A stretch of DNA of 61,632 nt, filler included, from Choristocarpus tenellus KU-1152 (GCA_964200185.2; 9 parts of 9 records of this genome joined end to end with filler, not necessarily neighbours in it), one strand, 5' to 3'; numbered from the whole stretch's first letter, positions 1 through 14,126 are shown. The notes: generated from the sequence alone by a model not told the origin. Translations and numbers: made by a program.

Positions 1-817
1 GGAACAGAGCGTATCAGCCTGCATGCTCCATACAAATGTCAAGTATCTCCCAAAAAAATACACCTTCCCCTGTCTTGTCTCCCTTGAAGAGATTGCCCTG
101 CTACACTGTCACTCTAAAGTGAACATCAACACTCTATGTATTGGTGAATGTTGTTTCTCCCCATAACGGCCTTACACCCTTCCAAGGAAAGGGAAGAGAG
201 GGTGGGGGGGTCAAGAGTCACAAACAAAAATTCCCTCCAAGACTACAATATAACCCATAGGTAATATGAAGCAACATGGTCCTAGGTTTTCACAATTTGG
301 TGCTGCAAAAGGGGATTGTCTTGAAACTGGTGCTCCAAAATGTGATAACCACTACAAAATGTCACAGGTTTTAGACTCTTCCATGAGGAGATGCTAAAAT
401 CAGGAGGAACCCAACAATACATTGGAATTCTAACTACCAATTTTGTACACTATTTACTATTTCACATGCACAAAAAACGCAATGTCGACCATCCTCTGTT
501 TACACTCACTATTGGTGAAACAAATCTTTATGTAGCACGGGCTATCAGTTTTTACAAATCAACCTGTACCATGTATTGCGATGCCTACACAGCATTTTCA
601 TCGTAGGTGACACTTATACAAGATGAGGATCATGTCTCTCACAAGTCACAACAATGGTGGATGCAATGCAGTCTGATGCACCACAGGGAATCCTACGAGC
701 TTGAGAGTGAACACATGCTGTTGAAGATCAGTTAAGTGCATTCTGTAAACAAAATACACAATTTGTATGTATATATAAATGAATATTTCACTAGAGATGG
801 AGATTTCTTTTTATCAC

Positions 818-2437
818 CTGATTGGACACCCTCCAGCTGAGTGGTTCCTCTTCACTCTTGTAGGTGGATCCCAACATGTCCCTGTTCTGGTCTGCTGAAA
901 GCTGCTTCAGTCGTGCCTTGTGCACATGCATACACGCAAGATGGAGGAGGAAAGAAAGTGACAGCAGGGGAAGAAGTGTAACTGGAGAGTAGGGCAGACA
1001 AGGAGAGGGGGATCTGACCTCCAACAAAATCCCACAATAAAGCAGAATCCTTTGCCCAGCATCAGATGTGGCATGTCTGTGGATAATGTTGATTTTCCTA
1101 ACAATGGCATAACAAGTAAACTGGAATGACTTATGGGTGACAAAGATTGTGTTGCCTCTCGCCACCCTTCCTGCCTTGGCAGGAGGGTGTGGTACATCAG
1201 AAATCAAGACATTTCTGAAATCTTAACCTTAATCGTAAGCATGGTAAGAATGCCAAGAAAAAGTTGACATAGTATGTGCATCCTCACACAATTATCTTTC
1301 CCTTTCAACCGAAAAAAAAAAAAACAATAAAGATCAGATCGCAACATCTGCAGTCACCAAGCCAGCAGCACTATAAGACAACTCATCGGAGGAGGTAACG
1401 CATCAACCTCAAACCAGAGACAGCAAGGGCCATTGTTAGCACTGGTCAAGCAGTTTCTACTAGACCACGCAGGGAAATCCTGGTGCAAACATTTTCCACT
1501 GGTATGTTTTGAAAATGAACGATCCGGAGTGAGAGAGAGTTAACTCAACTTCACATCCTCAGGGATCTGCAACAGCTGTCAACCGTACCTTAGCCGAGCG
1601 TCGCAATTGCTTGAGGCCGTTCACGCCCTTGGATTCGTCGATGGCTTGCCCGAGGGATGCTTGGTCACCCTCGTCCATTGCCCGTTGAAGTCGAGCGTGG
1701 GCTTTCTCCATGCCCCAAGTCCTACCGGGAAGAGGAGATCGAGGGACTTACAACACTGACAACACTTACAAGCAGCCCGAACATGATTCGGCCATTATTT
1801 GTTCGCCAGCACGGTAGGTATTCAATCACGTATGGTACCTAAATGGCGGCATTGTCAATACGTACTACTGAACACAATGCAAGGCCTGCAGCTACTGTTA
1901 CCCACGGTTGAGGATGATAACGACCAACTCCGCCTCCCCTTCCCACAGCGAAACGCTCTCTATGGTTTACAATACTTGCCCCAAAATTTCAGCATGAAGC
2001 GATTCTACAGACCCCAGCACAAACGAAATCCTAGTATCTTGACTTTGACTTCAACATCCTCAGCAGCACAGAGCTCTCTCGCACTCCTGGCAGAGAGAAA
2101 GGTCGCACCCAGAGAGGCCTTGGATACACTCTGTTTCTTCCCTACATAACTACTGCCCCCCTTGCCACTGCGATGCTGAAGACTAGATATGACCATCGCA
2201 CTCACCAAATACTGATGCCTCCACAGAAAGTCTCAAAAGCGCAGGTAGTTCCTCCTTTTCAGCACCTACAATAACAAATTCAAGGCAGCTCCTCAGCCAC
2301 CCAGCAAGTTGAAGGGGTTTGAAATCAAATGCAAACCCCCAAATCAACCCCAAGTACGCCCTAGTGATGCACAGGATAGCTTGATGAGGACTCGAGACTA
2401 CACCCAGCTGGTTTTTCAAGTAATCTGTTGTCTTCAA
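818..2437 (-). CDS. Partial multi-exon gene, unknown product
   Basis: Exons 1721-1589 (TWGMEKAHARLQRAMDEGDQASLGQAIDESKGVNGLKQLRRSAK) and 916-818 (ARLKQLSADQNRDMLGSTYKSEEEPLSWRVSNQ) have AG/GT boundaries and pyrimidine tracts and join in phase 0. Probable upstream exons at ~2437-2206 (donor G|GTGAGT) and ~2141-2012; their phase into 1721 is unresolved. Confidence 0.6.
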
Positions 2438-2632
2438 TACAGGGTCTTGTCCCTATTACGACTTTGTTGAAAGTGAAAATTGTGGTCAACACCAAAGAGC
2501 AAAAGTCCGCCCCTGGACAACAGTGCGTGCGTGCTGACTGCTGTTGGGCAGGAAGATTTGGCAGCGCTACACAGACATCGACCCCATAAGATACAGGGCT
2601 GTTGTCGAATACTGGTAATGGTTTTTAGACTT

Positions 2633-2812
2633 CAGGGCTCTATGATGTGGGAAGGCCAGACCAGCTCGAAACTGACAATCATTTGGCGTTATTCTGTGGA
2701 CTACAGTATATCAATACCGATATATGTCAGGTCGATTCGATTATTCAACGAAATTCGATATTATAATCGAAATGTTTCAAAATAGTATAGTATTATCGCG
2801 AGACGAGCCCTG
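2633..2812. mobile_element. hAT-type MITE (180 bp)
   Basis: Ends CAGGGCTC...GAGCCCTG, flanked by TTAGACTT (2625-2632) and TTAGACTC (2813-2820), a 7/8 match to an 8-bp TSD. CAGGG ends with 8-bp TSDs are typical of hAT elements. Confidence 0.7.
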
Positions 2813-3999
2813 TTAGACTCTATTCAAGTTCCTACTGAAACTAGAAACTTCGCTTGCCTCACCTCTCACTCCACGCGAATTGTTCGATTCGTATGGATTT
2901 TGATCGAATCGTTTTGAGTCGATATATACAACCCTCAGCAACTCTTTTGATTCACAAACAATTTAAAACTCCTCTTCTCCATGCTACAACACAATTTAAT
3001 ATTACATGTAAGTCGTGTGGGAATATGTTGAAGTTCATCGTTCTATTAATAGTAAATCAGTTTATTTAAATATTTGAGGTCATACATTGAATTGGCTTTT
3101 TCCTTGACACATCTAGAAAATGTTAGAGGGGATAGTATAATATTTTTCTATTTTTTTATAATATCAAGGGGATCTATCACAAAGACAGAAACAGTAAACG
3201 GTATGTAAAATAGTACTTACCGTTGGGAGTGGATATATTTTCTCATACCACTCTAACCACTTCCACAATTTGAAGATGACAGATGGCGGGAAATTTCTGG
3301 ATTTTAGATGTTACGCCATTTTTTTAAACTTTCACACCCATAACACCTGAAAATAGTGAACCTATAATTTCATGCTACAGTATACTTTCAATATATGAGA
3401 TATGATGTTGACCACACATACCTTGAATGATTGTCCTTACTATGTGACAAATGTGCTAAGATTCGAACTCTACTTATGGGTCCTAGAATTTCTTCGTAAG
3501 AAATTTGAGTTCGCTGAAGTATAGAAGAGATAACGTTCACCTTTTACTTCACTATCTTGGAACACACCATAAAAAAAGGGATAAATGGAAAGATCAGAAT
3601 GGTGGTGGAGAAGGCAAAGTGACGGACGGGTGGGACAGCTGAACCAACTCAAGAGAAAATGTTAAGACTCAGAAGGGGCAGGGTAATTAGTTCAAGTACA
3701 CCAGATGATGTAGGGTGTAAGAAAAAGTGCAATGTGTACTCCACTGGCATCTGACCACAGGTGAAAGGGCTAGGTTGGGTGGAGGTAGTGGAGAAGTTCC
3801 AGAGTGAAAGTGAGCGAGTAATAATAATAATCCACAACAACAAACAGTAGTTAATTTTTTGAAAAAAACATTCGCAACGAAGTATAATATATTTGTATAT
3901 TACTTCTATCAGTATGTCACAGTGGATGAACACAGGAGTTCACTTCTTGATGTGGTCTCTTGCTGAGGTTCAAGCAGACTGCCACCTTTGACACTCAAC

Positions 4000-4345
4000 C
4001 AAAAACGGTGCCTTGTTCGTGCTGCTACAATTGAGACCCGGAAGTGCAACCACAGTAGTAGTATGAGGTATCACCTTAGTGGTGGAAAGCTTCAGGCGCA
4101 TTGGCACCAATGCAGAGCAATTTCTGGGTGAGGTGGTGACTTATATTGTGGGTGGTAGGGATGCAGAAGCTAATAGTCGGAAGGGAGCAGTTAAGGCATG
4201 CCAGCGACAGAATTTTTCTATAACTGCTCAAATACCAATCCCCAAGTGTGTGATGTGTTTAAAACTGGAGACACTGGGTTGGTGGGATACGAGGGGCTTC
4301 GCCCATTTTTGGCATTCTTCTCATTCTTCTCGCCCATCTTCTTAG
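4000..4345 (+). mobile_element. CRE-like non-LTR retrotransposon 3' fragment (degenerate)
   Basis: ORF 4079-4345 (VESFRRIGTNAEQFLGEVVTYIVGGR...KGAVKACQRQNFSITAQ...CVMCLKLE) aligns with the C-terminus of ORF 7554-8588. Confidence 0.7.
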
Positions 4346-5614
4346 TTTCAGTCTAGAAGGAGTTTCAATTGTTGTATGTAGTGGTCCTTTTAATAGTGAG
4401 CTTTCTCGTATTCTTGTGTTCAACAAATACTACTAAACTCATGTTAGTATACATGATGATCTTTCACCGTTACTGATGTGGTTTCTTCCTGATTGTTGTC
4501 TTCTATACCTGTTTCTTTTTCGTTGGACTATTGCTGCTGCCATGTTTTCTGTTGTTTTCTTTACTTACTTCATGTTTCTTTTCCCTACAACGCCACATCT
4601 GCAAAACGTCAGTGGGGATCCATATATATATATATATATATATCTTGTCATACCCACTGATATTTTGCAGATTATATTATATAAGAAGAAGGAGAAACTT
4701 ATTCACCTTCTTCATTGTACCTGCCCCGTCTCATCAACCAATTTACCAACACAGTATTTTTCAAGTTGGACTTCTTAATTTATTTCTTGTGGAAATTGGT
4801 GAGTATGTATATGTACCTTTCACCATTAGAAAACCCGCCTCCATACCATTGCACCTTATATGATACTGCACCTACTTATAGGGCTCCTTCCTCTCATTAT
4901 ACTATACACCTAATATGTATGATTGCGGCTTAGAACCTTTCCCATTTTCAAGTTTTTGATGTTTTTTTAAAGGAACATGAGAGCAAATGGCAGTTGCTAG
5001 TAGCATTAAGCAGTGAGGAAATATCATGGCCTTTTGCAGCACATAGGAAAACAACAGTGATGATTTACGAATGTAAATATTTCTAAGTGTGTAGTAGTAT
5101 ACAACGAGTAAATCGTGGAGTTTCATGTTTGGTACCGACAAACTAACTTTCATACCTAATGGGTAATGACAAAAATTCATTAAACTTATGGCCCAGATTA
5201 TGCCAATACACATACATACATACATACATACATATCCTCTCTCACTTTTTTGCATGCGCACCTGATTTCCATCTGATACGATAGTTTTGGAAAGCATTGA
5301 TTTCCCTTCACCCAAGTTGCTCGCAGTCCCTAGATTCTCTTGCAAACACTGATAGTAGAAACTACATAAATCAGACAAAAATCTTCTTACTATTAATACT
5401 ATGGTGTAGTAAATTATTATGCCCTGTGAAATTTTGCAGATGTGTCAGGGAAAAGCCAAGACCCAGACTACATGATGACAAGAACTACTGTAGATACGAC
5501 AGTTGTCGTCAAATACAATATACCTTACTAAAACACGTTCTATTTTAAAGCATTCATTACAAAAATGCCCTCCTAGATATTGTTCTCTACTAGTTAACTT
5601 GCACACTACTATGC

Positions 5615-6575
5615 TCCTAACCTAGTCCTACGAACGTGGACGAAGAGTGAGGGAAGCATCCCAAGAATCTGTCAGCCCCCTTCTTGCCCATTTGCCAGTT
5701 TTTCTAGCTTGAAACACCTAACATGTTTCGAGAGAGTCACTTGTGCAATGGTGGGCACTATCGGCCTAAAACAAATGACAGCCCCTTTCCAGTATCACCC
5801 CCCAGTCCCTTTCCCTCCTACTGCATAGGTAGTCAACTCATCTAGAAAAATCTCTGCTTTCTTACCAAGGCTCCCAATACTTTTCACAGTGAATCTAGGG
5901 AGTCCAAAATGCATTAGGGTCAAAAGATCCTTCATAGCGCGTGTGCTTCGAACCTTGGCTGCGACGGTATCTACACCATTGCTGGTGGATGAGTGGGTCA
6001 AATGACATGCTGCTTGGACCTCTGCAAAAGCAACATCCTGATGCAGGCCTTGGTCACAATAGGGACCTGAGCCAGCATCCGATAGTGTCCCATTATGGAA
6101 CACCACACCCATGCGGAAGTTCCTGTCCACTGCAAATGGCCTGCCATCCTCCATAGCACAAGGAATGCTCATTCCCCTGCAGAGCTGGGCTAGGTGTTTC
6201 ACCATAGGTGCTTGTTGCCATACCTGTCCTCCCACCCTAGGGCAGGTGTGGGTACGTCAGGTATCGACATTGTGCCTCATGCACCTGGCCACCAGACACT
6301 TGTTGGATAGAACCTCTCTTTCTAGAGATCTGCTTGGTGGCGTGTCTAAAGTCTACTGGAGGAATCCAGCGTGATGGTTCTAAGAGCTTTATGGATGGAG
6401 GGCCCATGCATTGGTCCCTTGCCCACACTGGGTCAGGTGACAGACTAGAGCTAGCAAAGAACTTCCCCTCTATGTTCCTCTGCATTTTCGGAAGGTCGGC
6501 CAGTTCTACCGAACAAGAGCTGAATTAGATCCTCCAGCTCAGAATTCGTGTTGTCTCCTCTTGGTTGTGATCCTG
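5615..6575 (-). mobile_element. CRE-like non-LTR retrotransposon 3' fragment (frameshifted)
   Basis: ORFs 6237-6485 and 5795-6235 (GMSIPCAMEDGRPFAVDRNFRMGVVF...DVAFAEVQAA) are collinear paralogues of 7554-8588. Confidence 0.8.
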
Positions 6576-7539
6576 ACGCAATCGTAGTTCCTATGATACA
6601 CACATTATCCGTATCATCGTATCCTTAACAAATATTTTTCGAAGTTGGTATTGGGGAGTAGTTGAGTGATCGCGATATTTTTTCATTAAATCTTGTATCA
6701 TATGTAGAATTTATGATGTTACCACTTTCTTCTTTCTAATTTAAACAAGAAGAGGCAATCACAAAGGTTGGGAAGGAATCCAAAGCCTATTCGAACCCTT
6801 ACAACGACGGGTCAGCGCTGTGACGTTCTTGTTTCTTGTTTTCTGTCGCACGTTTAAAATAATTGGTTCCAAGAAGGGTATGAAATATGAAATATGAAAT
6901 ATTAGACTATAAATATTATCGTGGGACCTGTAGGACATACAACATACGATATAATATACAAAAGAGATTGCACACCTAACATTAAAAGTAAGGGTTCCGA
7001 AGATTCACATGCAAGATCAAAAATATTGCGAAGTATTTCCATATGAAAGATGATTTAATGTAGCAAAACAGGTTCTACAGACCTAAGTGAGTGGGAAGAC
7101 TCACAACAGGAGGAATGGAAAAAGGAGAGAGAAAAGGTAGGAGAGTGAGCAACCCTCAGAAGGTCAAACTCAGGCAAGGAGTCAACAACGGAAGTGAATG
7201 AGGGGGGTTGTAAGCTCCACTTAAACAACCCGATACTGACCTCTTCAGAAAGCAAATGTTGACGCCATACACGAGGAAACATACGTCGAGGTGTATCTTC
7301 TAAAGGAAGGGAACTTTAAAGGTATACCTAAGCTCGAAAGTGGTTATCATAAATACATACAATATTTTGATTTGCTGTTATGCCCTCTGACGTTTTGGAG
7401 ATGTGTTGAGAGGAAATACCAACGAAAACTATTTACCTTTCAGAAACCCCCCTAAAAAAGTAACATTTGTTGCAAATGTGAAAGGCATCAATCTATTTAC
7501 TATTTTACTCCCAGGTATGCTGCACCACTGCCTTCCTTT

Positions 7540-8985
7540 GCCTCCAACCTAGTTTAGTCCTGCACCCCAGGGTGAAGAGCTAGGGAAGCGTCCCAAGAAT
7601 CTAACAAGCCCCTCCTCGATGGTATCTCCAGCTTAAAACGCATGACACATCTAGATAGGGCTACTTGTGTTGTGACTGAGACTATATGTTGTAGACAGGA
7701 TTTGACAGGCCCTTTTCTCCTGTAGCCTCCTGTCCCTCTCCCCCCTACCATGTGCGTAGTAGGTAGCTCATCCAGAAAAGTATCCGCTTGCTTACTGAGG
7801 CGCCCAAAACGTTTCACCATGAAGGCGTCGAGGTTGTAACTACAAGGGTCAAAAAGTCCCTCGTAGTGGGTGCGCTTTCCCACCTCAGCTCCAGTAGCAG
7901 CTACATCATTGCTGATGCATGATTGTGGGAGGTGAGATGCTGCCTGCACTTCTGTAAAAGTAACATCTAGAAGGAGGCCTTTGTCCTGGTAGGGAGCTGA
8001 TCTGGCGTCCACTAGTGCCCCAGCATCGAAGACCAGATCCATGTGGAAATTCCTGTCCACTGTAAATGGGCTACGATCCTCCATAGTGCAAGGGATGCCC
8101 ATTCCTTGGCAATGTTGACTTAGACGCTTCAATATCGGTGTGTGTTGGTGAACCTGCCCTCCAGCCCCAGGGCAGGTACGTGCATGTCTGGTGTCTACAT
8201 TTTGCCTCCAGCACCCAGTCACCGGGCACCTGTTCGATAGGGCCTCCCCTCTCCCTAGGGATCTGCTGGCGGTGAGTCTAAACTCAATGGGGGGGATTTG
8301 GCATGCAGGTTCGAGGGTTTGTGTTGGGGCCCATGCATTTGCCCTTTGTCCACATTGCCTCCAGTGGAGTGCCAGGGCTAGCAAGGAACTTTCCTTCCCT
8401 TGTTCCATTTCATCAGGTAAGGCGGTTAATTGTGTCCGGAAAGAGTCAAAGCGGATCCTGTTTAGGAGGCGGGTGATTTCGTGTTGTGCCCTCCTTGTAA
8501 TCCTGGCATCATGGGTGGCCAGAGTGTGGACCTCTGGAGCCGGTGTGGGGAATGTTGTATTCCCCCCAGGATACCCAGCCTTGGCCAATATTTTCCACCA
8601 AGTCTTCTGAAGGGACTCCTTTAGAGAGGAGGGTGTGGATGAATGGTCCCAGGGCCCTTACTGTGGGGCTCGTACAGATGGTTTGTGAGAAAGACTCGCC
8701 TTTAGGCCCTTGTTGCCTTACTACGAGGGTGGGGAGAGTAGCCATTAGTGGATCCTACAAAAGCTGCATGTTGGCGATGCTTCATAGAGGATAGGCCCAA
8801 CCCCCCCGCACTTGTGGGCATCTGTGCCTGTACTTGTTGGTATGTCTCCAGGCGGAGAGACCCATTGTCACACACCCCTCCAAAGAAGTAGCCCCCGCCG
8901 AGTCTGCTACCTCCATTATCTTCTCTAGCGTCTATAGTGAGGTATTGTCTGCTTGCTCCATGGTGGAGTGTGCCAGGTGGGGGTG
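7540..8985 (-). mobile_element. CRE-like non-LTR retrotransposon, 3' half: CCHC knuckle plus restriction-like endonuclease
   Basis: The 344-aa ORF 7554-8588 has CPVTGC-x8-H-x3-C, then HQH, MDLVF...LLLDVTF and KRTHY (RLE-type PD-(D/E)xK-like layout). 8880-8985 matches 37950-38060, which follows the RT motifs. Confidence 0.8.
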
Positions 8986-9878
8986 AGTGATAATATTATA
9001 GCCCCAAAATATTTTAATATACATTTTCGTGTTTAGGGCGACGATTTTGAATGCCATTTTTTTTTACGCCAACGATTTTAGCTAACGATTTGAGGTCAAA
9101 CCTGGAGATTTCCGCTAATCATATTAGTCTGAGAAGTGCAAGTAATGCAGTGTATTGTGCTTCTGATCACAGTTTGGGATGATAGTTCCCACACTAAAAA
9201 TCCAAGGCAATACCTGTTAGCAATAGTAATAACGAAAACATATTTCCTGTCACATGTTATCCTTCCAACTCATTACGCCACCACTGCCAATGGGGGTGAG
9301 AAAATCAAGATCTAAGTTAATTCCCGAGTATAAACTTTGAAATACACTGAAGTACAATTCTAAAGGCATGAAAGATACAGTAATGATAGTGGTAGTAACA
9401 AAACATCCCTTAAAAACATGAACCAAATGTCCAACCAAGGTAGGTGAGGTCAGTGACTCACGACATGCTAACCTCTTGAACACGGAGGGGCAACCCTACA
9501 CCTTGCCTATAGCTGCAGGGTTCTCCAAGAGGAATCTCCTGTGAAGTTATACTCTTCTTCTTGTTAAAAGACCAAGGATTGAAATACGAAATCGGCTAAT
9601 CACAACAGGTAGCCCACTCCGAGGGCATATGCCAACAAATCAGCCCCAGCCAACTCCTCACAATAATAATGAGTAGGAGCCAATACCCGACAAAGTTGGG
9701 CAACACCTGCAGACAAAACATCAGCAAAGACTCAGTAGCAAACAGTGCAGCAGAGTATAGAAAACAAAGTTTTATACACCAGGGTAGTTGTACTGGAGGA
9801 GTGGCAGCAAGATCCCTGGTCATGGTTTATCTTCTGGTCTGTGGCTTTTAATGCTGCTTGCAGCGTCTCTCTTACAGG

Positions 9879-10495
9879 CACTCATGGTACGATAGAATAT
9901 ACATAGAAGAGTGCGGCAATGACACAGCAATCAATGTCCAAATCAACAACAATTATTATGAATGCTAGGATGCTTCCCCTCGGTGAGCTTTGCACCCTGC
10001 CATTCAAACATGGTACAGAATAGCAAATAGGTGTCGGATTAAGCAAATCCATGATATAGCGAGGGTTTTATCCACCAATCAAAGGTGCCCTATCCTTTTA
10101 CCCGTGTGAGTATTTCCCAACTTCTGAAGTTAAAGGAGAAAATGATCCGTCTCATCATCCTATTTACAATGTACCTGTGTTTCCAGCTGTGTGGTCCCAT
10201 TTGAAAATGCTGTTTTTTACGCATTTGGGGCGATTGCTTGTCCTATTTGTGGTAGGGAAATGGGATGCTCACCTCGTTTGCAGATTGTAGGGGTAGGTAT
10301 CATCAATTGCTCCATGATTTATTTGGTCTTGTAAGTAATACACCATACCAATTACTACTCACTGAATTGTAGAAAATACTTTTTCTAAGGTATACTTCAT
10401 AGTGCACAACGACAGAGGGCCAGGAGTAGCAAATATTGATACAGATTATTTTTTGGCCATTGTATATTGTCGTTCTTATCTTCCGCTAAGTAAGG
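9879..10495 (+). pseudogene. Short-exon, short-intron gene-like segment, unknown
   Basis: Run of AG|exon|GTRAG units with ~45-120 nt introns. The spliced frame reads RCRIKQIHDIARVLSTNQRCPILYPSVWSHLKMLFFTHLGRLLVLFVIVGVGIINCSMIYLVLYTS*, with an in-frame stop in the first exon. Confidence 0.3.
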
Positions 10496-13400
10496 GAGTA
10501 GTGTGGAAATTCAAATATAATCCACGATTTAGGCATGTAACTGTACGAGTCCTTTCTTGTCTCCATCTTCCCTAACGATACGCGCAACAGTATATTAGTG
10601 GGGAACTGATCATTTTCCCATATTTATATACCTTGAAAGAAAAATTACTTGAGTGCATTAAATGGCGTACGGAACCACAATACTACAATCTCTGTAAAAA
10701 ATTGTGGCTTCTTTGGGATCTTTCATTTTGCATATTTTGAATCCTTGGCAATATGTTTCAACCACAGGACGTGTTTCAGTCCAAGCATATCACGTAGGAC
10801 GCACGTTGATAGCGTGTTGCTGTCGGCTCAATTTTCGATGGTACAGGGGAATGGACAAAGTGGAAGATGGCAGATCGAATCACCTCAGATTTTTTATTTT
10901 CTGAACATTTTTGCATAGTATTTAGGGTAGATACTATGGAATTGATTAATCTCATCAAGTTGGGGTTTCAATGGAACCTCAATAACCCGAAAGTTCCATC
11001 TATTCATACATTCAGATGTCAAAAAGACATCAGAATAATACTTATTATTCTGATGCCATCTATTTCATAGAACAACAAACGCAAAGTGAACCAATCATTT
11101 TGGTCGAGTCCGCACGCATATTTCCTACTCACGTTGATCAGGATGAAAATAACATATACAATGACCACTCTGTATGTAACAAATATTCGTGTCATCAATA
11201 GACTACTTATGATCACTCTCCCCACCTATTAACCAGTCCACAAATTCACATGACACTGAACACATTGATCAATATGCCCCACCTACATCCTGTCTCTTAA
11301 CAGACGAAGTCAAGCCTGTGCATCTTGTTGTTGTGACATTTAGCAAGGTGCAGTCAGTTGTGGTTGTCCATAGTTCCCACCTTGTCTCTCACCAACAGTG
11401 ATGGCGCTGGATAAGTTCACACCACCATATCCTCTAGTTTGGCACTGACCTCAAACAACGTAATGGTGCAAATATTGGCGTCGATCAACTTAACCGCAGT
11501 CTCCGCACCTGCATACCACTCGCATGACCTCCCTGGCATTAGCTTGTAGAGTGTGACCCTCACAAGGTAGTCTGCGACCCTGTCCTACAACTTGTTCACT
11601 GTTTGGGGTTGAATGCAAAAATCCGCCACCAGCTCCGTCCTATCGCTTCAGTTAGGAGGCAGGCTCTATTTTCCCAGTTCCAATGCGAGGGTATTTCACA
11701 CAGAGAGACACACACCTCTCCACTACCATCTCACGTATTTATATAATAGTTGCTAGTGCTCTGGTTTCTTAACATCTCCTTCAACCCCTCTAGAATACTA
11801 TATTTTCGAGTACTGGTGCTATCCTTCTCTCAGCATGGATGAGAGAAAAGAAGGAAAAAGAAAATGCATTTTTTAGCACACAGGACCTCCTTGTGCATGA
11901 TGTGGTGTATATGTACCTCTTCTTAGTTTATGTTGGTTCTTGCACCCTAAATACCAGATCCTGTCCACAAATATACTCTATTCCACAACAGTATCATACT
12001 CTGTAGAGTATTCCCAAGTACTAGTACTACTACATATTAATCATACCAAATATGATTAATACATGGTATAATATATGCTAAGCACTGCGTATTACAGCAT
12101 ATTCTATACTAGTAGTAAAATAATGCGGAACTTTATGACCTTCAAGTACAAGCATTTTTCATGGAAGAAGTGTTTTGATTGGAACTATTCCCTGTCCACA
12201 ATATCATGATTTTCTTTGGTATCTCATGTATGTAGTGCTTGTTGTAGTCCGGAAAGACAGTAAACTTGGTAGTAGGATGCACTCAACACATTGTACAATA
12301 CTACGTAACATGTATAGCAACGAGAACCAGTTAGCATCCTTCAGTGAGGGATAATCAATCACGATACGAGCCTCTTGCATTTTTTTTTGTGCATACAATT
12401 GGCCCCACTCTGTGCCCTTGATATCCCCATGTGATCCTAAACATAGCATCATGGTAATTCTAAAAACATGCTTCTAAGCATGTGTTAGGGAGCGTGACAA
12501 TCTGGTACAACTGCTAAGATCGTATTTTAGAGTACCTAGTAAACTAACACCTAAGACAGATTGATACACCCAACTCACAAAAAATGTGCTTTGAATGGTG
12601 CTAATATTCACGCAGTTTAACACTTGTACTCCTGTCGCACATCTTTCAGTTTGAGTGATGCACTCTCATTGAATATAAGTTGCACTCCTGGATAATCATT
12701 TTCTTTTTCTTTTCAACGGTTTGGGTTAGGGTTAGACTTGTGAATCACTGTAGCTAGTTATCACGAATGAAGCCTGTCCATTTAGCCCATTTCGAGGAGA
12801 ATAAGGTCTAAATGGTGACAATATTTTACACCCACTACTAGGAATGAACAGCTCTATAGTAAGAGGAAAGCGAAAAATGTACCTGTTTCACAATGGGTAT
12901 CGTTGACCCCTCTGGGCTGTACTTCAAATTGTGCATTCCATGAACAGTGGCAACAGTATATCAAGCATGATCATGTTTCTAGAGCTCCACCCTCACCGCT
13001 CAACAAAACAAAAACTCACTACTCCCACTCTCTGACAAAACTACTATGGGCTCTCTCCAGTCAAGTCAAGTCAAGGTCATACATACATGCATACACAAAG
13101 CGCAATAGCACTTTGGTACTGTAAAAATACAGTATTTGGATAGTATCACTACAGCTTGAGCAATGTAACCTGTACAACGTGATCAAGAGGCTCTCCTCTA
13201 GGTACACAACACAGGCACTTACTTCCACCCCACCCAATTGAAGGGATACTTGTCTCTGTACCACAACCTTGGTGTACACAAATCAACCATTCGCAACCAA
13301 ATAAACCCCAATTGAGAAATAGTAGGCAGGGCACAGCAGCAGTTGATGACTACCTCGACACAGAACAATTTTTTCAAGAAATGTTTTGTTGGAGTTTTTT

Positions 13401-14004
13401 ACAAACACACACACACACGTCAACAATGTTGTCACCATCGTTACCTATATCATGACACATACCACTCCACAACTGCACCAAAATAGCACTATTAATAATA
13501 GTAGACATGATCACACACAAAATAATCAACAGCACATACATGGAAAACAATCCCATGACAATATACTCTGCACCAGCACACCAAAACGCAATCAACAGCG
13601 GTGCAGTGATGTGGGGCAAGTCAAACCGCACAAACACGCACTCAGAATTTTAGGAAAACAAAAAAACGCAACGTGCATAGACACAGTATCACCACGCAAA
13701 TACCCCTCTATGCAAGCCGGGTAACCCAACTCACCTCACAGAGTCGCTCCAACCCTCTTGCAACCAGCTACAGCCTTCACACACAAGAGAATACACCAAT
13801 TAACTCTCTACCCCCACAACATTTGCCAAATGGCAACAGCACAACCACCACACCAAACATATCAACCAACAAAAACTGCCATCATCTCAGTCCTCATGCA
13901 AGTGTCCCCCAGCGCCCGCTCTCCCACCCCTTCCTTCCACCCCCCCCCCCCCCCCCCCCCCCCCCCCACCGGAAAACCCACCTTTTCCCCCCCCCCCCCC
14001 CCCC

Positions 14005-14104
14005 NNNNNNNNNNNNNNNNNNNNNNNNNNNNNNNNNNNNNNNNNNNNTTAATTAATTAANNNNNNNNNNNNNNNNNNNNNNNNNNNNNNNNNNNNNNNN
14101 NNNN
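14005..14104. other. Artificial contig-join spacer (N44-TTAATTAATTAA-N44); identical spacers at 25455-25554, 28624-28723, 32017-32116, 34730-34829, 38083-38182, 42295-42394, 57389-57488
   Basis: The same 100-nt structure, with a six-frame stop linker, occurs 8 times. Confidence 0.97.
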
Positions 14105-14126
14105 CAACGTGGGGGGTACCTAATAC

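Noticed and set aside
14049-14060. Repeated TTAATTAATTAA palindrome as a biological motif
   Set aside because: It is the assembly linker between N runs. The copy at 20711-20722 is either AT-rich chance or a partly filled gap.
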